Shown: one piece after another, positions 57,549-64,000 of the stretch
Layout of the letters: every line of letters starts with the position of its first letter
Position numbering within the stretch: the first letter of the stretch is position 1
From: Acinetobacter phage Ab15
DNA: 64,000 nt
Direction: 5' to 3' (one strand)
Sequence record: PP763259.1
Position numbers and translations under genes: made by a program
The notes under the pieces: generated by a model
Told to the model about the DNA's origin: nothing
Databases searched by the model: none
Seen by the model: only the letters and a program-made list of their open reading frames with translations

Positions 57549-57739
57549 GTTACCATTTAAAGGTTGGAGATAAGGTGGAGATCACGTGGATTCACCAACT
57601 TGATGACTGCGATGGAATTAAGGTTGGTGATGTTGCAAAGATTGTTTGCGTGATTAATGAAAGGTGGTACATCTGTGCTAATCCTAACTGGTTGGCTGGA
57701 AAAATGCCAATGAAAGACTACCAAATCAAAAAACTTTAA
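57545..57739 (+). CDS. KVGD/NPxW small-barrel family paralog
   Basis: LKVGDKVEI...IKVGDVAKI...CANPNWL...QIKKL. Confidence 0.55.
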   Translation: MSYHLKVGDKVEITWIHQLDDCDGIKVGDVAKIVCVINERWYICANPNWLAGKMPMKDYQIKKL

Positions 57740-57758
57740 AAATTATTTTAAAAAGTTG

Positions 57759-57787
57759 TTGACAGGAAAATTAAATACCACTAACAT
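57759..57787 (+). promoter_or_regulatory. sigma70-like promoter (TTGACA-17-TAACAT) before AAA ATPase gene
   Basis: gtTTGACAggaaaattaaataccacTAACATaag. Confidence 0.45.
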
Positions 57788-57875
57788 AAGCATCATAGAG
57801 AACAAGCAAACAAAGTTCTTAGTGAAATACTTGAATAAACAGCACATTGGTGCACAAACTATCTAGGAGATATTA

Positions 57876-59069
57876 ATGGATTTACTTATTGGTCATTCTT
57901 ACCAGTTAATCAACACTAAAGATCCAGCTTTCATGTTCACAACTGGTTTTAGTGACCCTAAGACAAATAAAGTCATTAAAGATGCTGTTATTAAACCATA
58001 CAGCAAAGATGATGATGGTGATGTTTTTGCTTATGCATACTTCCCAGATCGTCAAGACACTATTATCAATCCAGATCACAATGTGTTGATCATTCGAAGT
58101 GAATTTGATTTGTTTAAAGAAGTTGGTGCTGGTGATCAATCTCAACCAGAAGTGGATGGAATTGAAGAAAGTGAAGTATTCTCTCACAATCTTAAGAAGA
58201 TGTTCCAAGAGATGGTTGATAAAAACCTAGGCTCTGAAGAGATGCAAGCGAAGATCACTGAAACTATCCGTGAAACTGTGCTAGAGCAAGCTCCACGACC
58301 ACTTGAGGTTAAATTTGGTGAGAAGACAACTGTAATTGGTACTGCTCACGTAATGCTTGAAGAAGCTTTAAAACGCTTGAATGCAACAAAGAACATTATG
58401 TTGGTTGGTCCTGCTGGTTCTGGTAAGACTTACCTTGCAGCACAACTTGCAGAGTCTTTACAGCTTGACTTCTCATCAATTTCTTGTAGCTCTGGTATGT
58501 CTGAATCAGTAATTACTGGTTGGTTGTTACCTGTTGATGGTGGTGCATTTGAATACCATGAAAGTGACTTTATTCGAATTTACGAAAATGGTGGTGTGTT
58601 CTTGTTTGATGAAATGGATGCTGCTGACCCATCTATCCTATTGATCATCAACCAAGCATTAGCTAATGGTAAAATTACAGTTCCACAGCGTAAAGGTAAT
58701 ACAGAAGTTAAACGACATAAAGACTTCATTTGTGTGGGTGCATGTAACACATTTGGTCGTGGTTCTAACTTGATGTACTCTGGTCGTGAACGTTTAGATG
58801 AATCAACCCTTGACCGTTTCCGTTTAGGTTTGATGGAAATGGATTACGACAAGCTCCTTGAAGAAAAAGTTGTTGATAAAGCTGTTCGTGAATGGGCTTG
58901 GCAAGTACGTGCTCGAATTCAGGAAAGTGGTTTACGCCGAGTGATGTCAACACGTTTCATGATCGATGCAACTAAGTTGTTACAAAATACTGATGCAACA
59001 ATGCAGAAAGTAAAAGATATCTTCTTTGTTGGTTGGTCTGATGACGAGAGACATAAAACTGATTTATAA
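57876..59069 (+). CDS. AAA_5 family ATPase (MoxR/CobS/NorQ-like) with about 150-aa N-terminal extension
   Basis: Walker A MLVGPAGSGKTYLA. Walker B VFLFDEMDAADP. Sensor region and ...STLDRFRLGLMEMDY (arginine-finger/LDRF motif typical of CobS/MoxR). Confidence 0.7.
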   Translation: MDLLIGHSYQLINTKDPAFMFTTGFSDPKTNKVIKDAVIKPYSKDDDGDVFAYAYFPDRQDTIINPDHNVLIIRSEFDLFKEVGAGDQSQPEVDGIEESEVFSHNLKKMFQEMVDKNLGSEEMQAKITETIRETVLEQAPRPLEVKFGEKTTVIGTAHVMLEEALKRLNATKNIMLVGPAGSGKTYLAAQLAESLQLDFSSISCSSGMSESVITGWLLPVDGGAFEYHESDFIRIYENGGVFLFDEMDAADPSILLIINQALANGKITVPQRKGNTEVKRHKDFICVGACNTFGRGSNLMYSGRERLDESTLDRFRLGLMEMDYDKLLEEKVVDKAVREWAWQVRARIQESGLRRVMSTRFMIDATKLLQNTDATMQKVKDIFFVGWSDDERHKTDL

Positions 59070-59084
59070 CAAAAACTTCCCAAG

Positions 59085-59120
59085 AAACCCCTAAAGGAAT
59101 TCCTTTAGGGGTTTTATTTT
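59085..59120 (+). terminator. intrinsic terminator (aaacccctaaagg aatt cctttaggggttt + tattttg), near-copy of 22752..22784
   Basis: 13-bp palindrome differing from the 22752 element by one complementary pair (tgaagg to taaagg). Confidence 0.75.
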
Positions 59121-59134
59121 GCATAAATTTTACT

Positions 59135-59162
59135 TGATTTAAAAATAGAATTTGTTTAGAAT
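59135..59162 (+). promoter_or_regulatory. sigma70-like promoter (TTGATT-16-TAGAAT)
   Basis: acTTGATTtaaaaatagaatttgttTAGAATc, 36 bp before 59199. Confidence 0.45.
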
Positions 59163-59198
59163 CTACTTAGTTATTAAGCTCAATAAGAGGATATCTCA

Positions 59199-60092
59199 AT
59201 GTATAAATCTGTTGAAAATGTTAAAGGTTTGCACGGTAAAGTGGCGATCGTTAAATATAGAAATGTTTCTGATGCTATGGACCACTATAAAAAATATGAT
59301 GTGGACATCCCTTTCAAGCACAATAAAGGTAAGGTTTCAGAGTATCGTGGTGGTCATCATAGTACTGATTGGACAGGTTTTAGTGATCAACGTCACTTTG
59401 AACAAACTATGCTTCATGGTGATAAAATCAAAGCGATTGAGATTGAAGAAATTCAAGCACCAGAAGTTAAGGTTGAGTCACGTAAACGTAAACGCCATAA
59501 AGGGCCTATCGGTGATACTTTAGATATTCATGCAGTATATCGTGGTGAATTGGATCGTGCATGGACCTATACCAAACGTGATATGCATGATGGTGGTATG
59601 AAAAACATCACCCTCCTAATTAACATTGGTGATAACTGTGGTATTTCCTCACAGGCATTAGGGTGGCGTGGTGCAGTGGCATTGAAAGTCTGTGATGTGA
59701 TGACTGAAGCTGGCTACAATGTTCGAATCATTGCTAACCAAATGACTGAAGATTTAACCCGTGATGACGATGGTTATGGCTACAATTGCACAACTGTTAA
59801 GGACTTTGATGAATACTTGGATGTGCCTAAGCTTGCTGCAATCTTCTGCCGTGCAGGTTTCTTCCGTTCAGTAATCTTCACCACAATTGTTTATGAAGCT
59901 GAATTACTGGGGAAACGTGTAGGTTACGGTTTAGGTCGATCTATCAAGTCACACAGTGAGGAAGGTAAGAAGCTAATCGAACATGTGCACCAAGATGAAG
60001 GATATATGGTGGTATTCCCTTCGGTGAATGGTAAAGAGGATGCTTTAAATGCCATGAAGGAGATCTTAAAGCCTTATTTAATTGAGGAATAA
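59199..60092 (+). CDS. partner protein of the AAA_5 ATPase (CobT/VWA-position; no clear MIDAS motif)
   Basis: 297 aa immediately downstream of the AAA_5 gene with its own RBS (agaggat). Lys/Arg-rich linker KVESRKRKRHKG. Confidence 0.35.
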   Translation: MYKSVENVKGLHGKVAIVKYRNVSDAMDHYKKYDVDIPFKHNKGKVSEYRGGHHSTDWTGFSDQRHFEQTMLHGDKIKAIEIEEIQAPEVKVESRKRKRHKGPIGDTLDIHAVYRGELDRAWTYTKRDMHDGGMKNITLLINIGDNCGISSQALGWRGAVALKVCDVMTEAGYNVRIIANQMTEDLTRDDDGYGYNCTTVKDFDEYLDVPKLAAIFCRAGFFRSVIFTTIVYEAELLGKRVGYGLGRSIKSHSEEGKKLIEHVHQDEGYMVVFPSVNGKEDALNAMKEILKPYLIEE

Positions 60093-60094
60093 TC

Positions 60095-60388
60095 ATGGAT
60101 CGTCAAGAGATGATTAAGAAGTACCCTATCGGCTCTAAGCTGGTAGGGAGGTATCTAGGACACAAAAAGTCTTCAAGTGAAATGATTTGTAAGGTTGTTG
60201 GTTATTCTGCTTTCAGAACTTCGATTTTAGTCTATAATCCAGAAATAATTGGTCATACTGGTACTGGAAGATGTGTAGATCAAACAGGATCTAGAATTTC
60301 TGGGGAAAAGATAAAAGATTTTTATGGTAACCATTGTTGGTATATAGATAGTGAGACCTTATCTGGGTATAGATTATGCAAAAGATAA
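60095..60388 (+). CDS. FPIG/HCWW subfamily small protein paralog
   Basis: KYPIGSKLV...VVGY...YNPEIIGHTG...GNHCWYIDS. Confidence 0.5.
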   Translation: MDRQEMIKKYPIGSKLVGRYLGHKKSSSEMICKVVGYSAFRTSILVYNPEIIGHTGTGRCVDQTGSRISGEKIKDFYGNHCWYIDSETLSGYRLCKR

Positions 60389-60705
60389 ATCCTAAATTAA
60401 AAGAATTAGTCAAAAGATTTCCCATAGGTAGTAAGGTGGTAGCAGACAAAAATCATACCTCATCAGAAATATTTGATGAGTGTGGTTATGCCTACGTGGT
60501 TGGATATGGTTGTGATACCAAGCTAACATATGATGAATTTGGTTGGTTATTGTTGCACCACCCAGACTTTGATGGTCATAGTGGTAATTCTTATGGAATT
60601 CTTGGTGCTAATTTTGAGTTGTACCATGAGGGTGAAATTCAAAAGAAATATGGTTGTACCTGTTGGTGGGATACTGGAGGTCATTGTCAGTTATTGAAGG
60701 AGTGA
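60376..60705 (+). CDS. FPIG/HCWW subfamily small protein paralog
   Basis: KRFPIGSKVV...VVGYG...HHPDFDGHSG...KKYGCTCWWDT. Confidence 0.5.
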   Translation: MQKINPKLKELVKRFPIGSKVVADKNHTSSEIFDECGYAYVVGYGCDTKLTYDEFGWLLLHHPDFDGHSGNSYGILGANFELYHEGEIQKKYGCTCWWDTGGHCQLLKE

Positions 60706-60711
60706 GTTCAC

Positions 60712-61023
60712 GTGTCGGAAGAAAATGAAGTGGAAATTGTGAAAGAATTGGCGAAAAGGTTCCCCATAGGATGTAAAGTTGCCAAAGGTGATGTATACAA
60801 TTCCTCTATATTTCACTATGTAGATTTTGCATATGTCATTGGTTATAATATTTATGGTAATGATCACTGGTTACTTCTCTACAATGAAGATTTTGAGGGT
60901 CATTCATCAATTCATGGTGCACTAGTACACAACCATAAAAAATGCTCTATGGCTGAGATTAAAAAGAAGTACGGAAGGCATTGCTGGTGGGCTGATTCAA
61001 AATTAGTAAAAAGGGTGGGATAG
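60712..61023 (+). CDS. FPIG/HCWW subfamily small protein paralog
   Basis: KRFPIGCKVA...VIGYN...YNEDFEGHSS...KKYGRHCWWADS. Confidence 0.5.
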   Translation: MSEENEVEIVKELAKRFPIGCKVAKGDVYNSSIFHYVDFAYVIGYNIYGNDHWLLLYNEDFEGHSSIHGALVHNHKKCSMAEIKKKYGRHCWWADSKLVKRVG

Positions 61024-61027
61024 TAAT

Positions 61028-61309
61028 ATGCAGAAAGTTTCCAGTGATTTAGTTGATAAATTCCCTATTGGATGTAAAGTAATGGTGATTATTGGAGATG
61101 GTAGGTGGAAAACTGGAGATATTGGCAAGGTTATAGGTTATGGTGATACAGATGAGGTTGTTGTACATAATCCAAGTATAGAAGGGCATAGTGCAGCAAC
61201 TTCCTGTTTTGATGAGAATGGTTGTAGGATCAAAGATGAAGTAAGGTTAAAATATGCAGGTCATTTATGGTACATCCATATAAGAAGTGTAGAAAGAATT
61301 GGAGGTTAG
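61028..61309 (+). CDS. FPIG/HCWW subfamily small protein paralog
   Basis: DKFPIGCKVM...VIGYG...HNPSIEGHSA...KYAGHLWYIH. Confidence 0.5.
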   Translation: MQKVSSDLVDKFPIGCKVMVIIGDGRWKTGDIGKVIGYGDTDEVVVHNPSIEGHSAATSCFDENGCRIKDEVRLKYAGHLWYIHIRSVERIGG

Positions 61310-61312
61310 GTT

Positions 61313-61774
61313 ATGAGTAAGCAAGTAGAAAACCCTAAGTACAAATCCTTAAAACAACCTACAGGTAATGGTTCATATCGCCCTAAAGGTTATGGCTGGG
61401 TGCAAGTTGATAAGTTAGTAGGTTCTGACAATCAGTATGGTATTGTAGAGAATGGTATCTATAAGGTTGTGGTTTACAATCCTTTAGGTGTAATTATTAT
61501 TACTCCAAATGCCCCGTATGGTGACAACACAAGAGAGCTAATTAAGGATCAATATCATTGGGTTTCATTTGATGATGTCTTTAATCCAATACCTGAAGAT
61601 GAAGAACTGAAGGTTGGTGATAGGGTAATGCTTAATCAAGACTACAACACCTATAAAAAAGGTTATGTTATGAAAGTAAAAGAAATCAGAAAAGATGGTG
61701 ACGAATTGCTTGTACAACTTTGTAATCCGAGTACATCCTTCTGGGCTTATTCTCATAGAATACGTAAATTCTAA
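61313..61774 (+). CDS. two-domain protein with C-terminal KVGD/NPxW-family domain
   Basis: ...LKVGDRVML...GYVMKVKEI...LCNPSTSFWAYS. Confidence 0.45.
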   Translation: MSKQVENPKYKSLKQPTGNGSYRPKGYGWVQVDKLVGSDNQYGIVENGIYKVVVYNPLGVIIITPNAPYGDNTRELIKDQYHWVSFDDVFNPIPEDEELKVGDRVMLNQDYNTYKKGYVMKVKEIRKDGDELLVQLCNPSTSFWAYSHRIRKF

Positions 61775-61858
61775 TTCAGTTTCCCTTGAAAACTTGCACA
61801 AACAATCAAGAAATGGTAATATGCACCTATTAATCAACCAAGCATTGTAGGTGCTAAA

Positions 61859-62323
61859 ATGGCTAAACATTTTAAGTATACTAAACATCTTGAATCACAA
61901 AATTCTCAAACAATGGCATCACCATTTAATAAAGTGACTACTTATGTAGCTCGCTTTTTTCGTGTTGCCTTTAAAAACTTCTCAAGTATGTTTGAGGGTG
62001 GAAGTCCTCAAGATATCGTGCGAGATAGATTTAAAGAGTGGCACGAAGATGTAAACCTTGCAAATAAGAAGGTGACTTATCAAGTTGGTCAGAGAGTTAC
62101 TATTAATGATGTTTCTTATTTTGAGAAATACAGAGGTTTTCATGCTGGTGATGTTGCAAAAATTACCAAATTGATTAATGAGGATGGTGTTGAGAAGTTA
62201 GCACTCTTCAATCCTAAATGGATTACTGCTAAAGATGAACTTGGTTTGGGTTGTGTAATTGTTGATCCTAAGAAATGCATGGTGGAGATTGTTGGTGTAA
62301 AATCTGGGGGTGTAAATGTATAA
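61859..62323 (+). CDS. KVGD/NPxW family protein (N-terminally extended)
   Basis: YQVGQRVTI...FHAGDVAKI...LFNPKWI. Confidence 0.45.
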   Translation: MAKHFKYTKHLESQNSQTMASPFNKVTTYVARFFRVAFKNFSSMFEGGSPQDIVRDRFKEWHEDVNLANKKVTYQVGQRVTINDVSYFEKYRGFHAGDVAKITKLINEDGVEKLALFNPKWITAKDELGLGCVIVDPKKCMVEIVGVKSGGVNV

Positions 62324-62564
62324 TGAAGGTCTACCTGTAGATGGTGCTAAAATAGTGGTTAACAACCCTGATGGCATATCCAGAAGCACCTACAACGTAA
62401 GAGAAAACGATGTGGCGAAAGTAGTGGGGAGAATTCATGGTTCTGGTTACAGTATACTAGCATACAATCCTGATTGGAAAAATAAAGAGAGGGATCACGA
62501 TGCATTTACATACAAGGGACCTTGTGTGGTATTGTGTCGCAGTGAGTATGAGGTAATTGAGTAA
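62316..62564 (+). CDS. KVGD/NPxW family paralog
   Basis: VDGAKIVV...VRENDVAKV...AYNPDWK. Confidence 0.45.
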   Translation: MYNEGLPVDGAKIVVNNPDGISRSTYNVRENDVAKVVGRIHGSGYSILAYNPDWKNKERDHDAFTYKGPCVVLCRSEYEVIE

Positions 62565-62887
62565 TGGAAATGTGGGATGGTTATGGTGTGTCAAGCTATG
62601 CAAAAGGTGAAGGTGAAAAGAAGTCTTCGGAAGTTTTTGTAGGTTCAAAGATAGTTATAACAAAACCTGACAGTGTTTCTATTGAAAGGAATGCTCTTAA
62701 TGGTGATATTGGGAAGATTGTGTGCATAGAAACTGGTGTTTTTGGAGTAACTAGGTATCTGGCATATAATCCAAAGTGGAAATGTCGTGACGATGGTATG
62801 CAGGAGGATTTTAGATATGATGGATTGTTCATCGTCCTTTCGAGAAGAGAGTTTGAGGTGATTCGATATGAAAACAAAAGTTGGTGA
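62564..62887 (+). CDS. KVGD/NPxW family paralog
   Basis: VGSKIVI...LNGDIGKIV...AYNPKWK. Confidence 0.45.
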   Translation: MEMWDGYGVSSYAKGEGEKKSSEVFVGSKIVITKPDSVSIERNALNGDIGKIVCIETGVFGVTRYLAYNPKWKCRDDGMQEDFRYDGLFIVLSRREFEVIRYENKSW

Positions 62888-63080
62888 TAAAATCAAAATA
62901 ACCTCTCTTGATAAGTACAGTTATGCTACAGGAGTAGAAATAGGACATATTGGTAAAGTTGTTGAGGTTTACCCTGCTGGGTGCTTTGCTGAGAATCCGT
63001 TGTGGGGTGAAGGTTCAACAGGATTCTTTAACAATGAATTTGAGGTCTTAAAGGAATCTGAGGGGTTAAACGATGGCTGA
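62868..63080 (+). CDS. KVGD/NPxW family paralog
   Basis: TKVGDKIKI...VEIGHIGKV...AENPLW. Confidence 0.45.
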   Translation: MKTKVGDKIKITSLDKYSYATGVEIGHIGKVVEVYPAGCFAENPLWGEGSTGFFNNEFEVLKESEGLNDG

Positions 63081-63342
63081 GTGTTATTATTGGGATGTAC
63101 CATCACAAGTTAAAGAGCCTACAATAAAAGTTGGCGATAAGGTTGAGATAGTTGATCCTTGGCAGCTTGACAAACGACTTGGAATTCAGGTTGGGGATGT
63201 GGCTAAAGTGGTTTATGTGGGAAATGATCACTTAAGGTGCAATAATCCAAGATGGAATATATGTGATCATAAGATCGGCAGGGTGATGGGCTTAAATCAA
63301 ATTAAGCTGATTGTGAATACTCATAAGGAAGAATATCTATGA
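63073..63342 (+). CDS. KVGD/NPxW family paralog
   Basis: IKVGDKVEI...IQVGDVAKV...CNNPRWN. Confidence 0.5.
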   Translation: MAECYYWDVPSQVKEPTIKVGDKVEIVDPWQLDKRLGIQVGDVAKVVYVGNDHLRCNNPRWNICDHKIGRVMGLNQIKLIVNTHKEEYL

Positions 63343-63596
63343 AAGAACCAGAAATTGGCACAAAAGTTGTAATTGTTAATCCTGATGACCGTTCTCGTGC
63401 AGAAGGTATTGTTGAAGGTGATGTTGCGAAGGTTGTTGGGGTGGAGGCTTCCATAAAAAGTTGTGATTTACTACTTCTCTTGCACAATCCTAAGTGGAAA
63501 AACATGCATGAAGATGTTCTAAGTTGTAACACACCTTGTCATCTTGTATACTTATCTGAATGTGATATTTACGAAGAATGCCTTAAGGGGGATTAG
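63339..63596 (+). CDS. KVGD/NPxW family paralog
   Basis: IGTKVVI...VEGDVAKV...LHNPKWK. Confidence 0.45.
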   Translation: MKEPEIGTKVVIVNPDDRSRAEGIVEGDVAKVVGVEASIKSCDLLLLLHNPKWKNMHEDVLSCNTPCHLVYLSECDIYEECLKGD

Positions 63597-63598
63597 TT

Positions 63599-63949
63599 AT
63601 GAGTGCTAAGATACCAGAAATACCACCTATACCAAAACCAGAGCCAGAAAAACCTTATGAAAGTTCTCCGATTGTATATAGTCGATTTAATCATCAAAAG
63701 TGTCAGTATGAAGTATTTTCTGTAGGTGAGAGGGTGAGAATATTCCTTTACGGATCTCAATTCCTGAATAATTATGGGATTTACGATGGTCAAGTAGGGA
63801 AAATTGTAGAGATAAAAAAGGTTGATATGGGGAATGGACGTGTTGTTGCTAAGATTTACATAAAAAACCCACTATGGCACTATAAATTACCCGACAAAGA
63901 CCCTACAATAATGGAGTTTTTGGATCATGAAGTTTCCAAGTTGGAGTAG
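63599..63949 (+). CDS. KVGD/NPxW family paralog (extended N-terminus)
   Basis: SVGERVRI...YDGQVGKIV...IKNPLWH. Confidence 0.45.
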   Translation: MSAKIPEIPPIPKPEPEKPYESSPIVYSRFNHQKCQYEVFSVGERVRIFLYGSQFLNNYGIYDGQVGKIVEIKKVDMGNGRVVAKIYIKNPLWHYKLPDKDPTIMEFLDHEVSKLE

Positions 63950-64000
63950 GGGATAAAGTAGGGAGTAGGGGTAGAGTAGTAATTAAAGTGTTAACTAAAG

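Noticed and set aside
59152-59523. 123-aa ORF overlapping the start of 59199..60092 in another frame
   Set aside because: Hydrophobic low-complexity translation of a frame that overlaps the promoter and 5' end of a better-supported gene. No RBS
1-64000. Apparent difference in Arg codon preference (AGA in structural genes vs CGT in capsid/replication genes) as evidence of horizontal origin
   Set aside because: Impression from reading only. Cannot be quantified without computation and may simply reflect expression level

Overview
The window looks like a contiguous piece of a large, low-GC (about 38-40% by eye) tailed dsDNA phage genome. No rRNA, tRNA or CRISPR array was seen.

Positions 1-22.7 kb (+ strand) are a late structural and lysis block. 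It carries a lambda-like head module: a portal protein truncated at the window edge, an S49/ClpP-like prohead protease with a coiled-coil scaffold tail, a gpD-like decoration protein and a gpE-like major capsid protein. Head-tail joining genes follow. Then comes a PBSX/XkdK-XkdV-like contractile tail: a sheath-like protein, three paralogous tube-like proteins, a tail assembly chaperone with an apparent -1 frameshift extension, the tape measure protein, and a baseplate set (XkdS/gp25-like, J-like and XkdU-like proteins). Two tail fibers follow, one with a tail-collar domain and one collagen-like with internal repeats, and then a PG-binding plus GH24 endolysin.

A three-gene nucleotide-metabolism module is inserted on the minus strand at 22.8-27.9 kb. 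The class I ribonucleotide reductase large subunit is interrupted by a 326-aa LAGLIDADG intein placed immediately N-terminal to the catalytic Cys of the NLC(x)E motif. The small subunit gene is split into two ORFs by a roughly 390-nt ORF-less intervening sequence that carries group I intron core elements. A small hypothetical protein follows.

A 630-bp AT-rich divergent control region sits at 27.9-28.5 kb. It contains two perfect 20-bp direct repeats, each with an ATTTGATCAAAT palindrome that includes a GATC Dam site.

From 28.5 kb onward (+ strand) there is a T7-like replication and early region. It encodes a primase-helicase, a family A DNA polymerase interrupted by a 149-aa mini-intein in motif B, a gp2.5-like SSB and a FEN-type 5'-3' exonuclease. 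It also encodes an HNH endonuclease, a metallophosphatase, a divergent ThyX-like protein, PhoH, a small Dam-family N6A methyltransferase, a DprA/SLOG-like protein, an SPFH lipoprotein next to a beta-repeat protein, an AP2-domain endonuclease-like protein and a dCMP deaminase.

The most unusual feature occupies about 51-64 kb and runs off the window end. It is a tandem, translationally coupled expansion of at least 20 small (64-154 aa) paralogous genes. They share a 'KVGDxVEV ... VGDVAKV ... NPxW ... QIKKV' signature, with a related 'FPIGxKV ... YNP ... GHS ... HCWW' subfamily. The array surrounds a MoxR/CobS-like AAA_5 ATPase and its 297-aa partner.

Many sigma70-type promoters (gTTGACA, 17-nt spacer, TAnAAT) and strong palindromic intrinsic terminators punctuate the region. 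Two of the terminators are near-identical copies.
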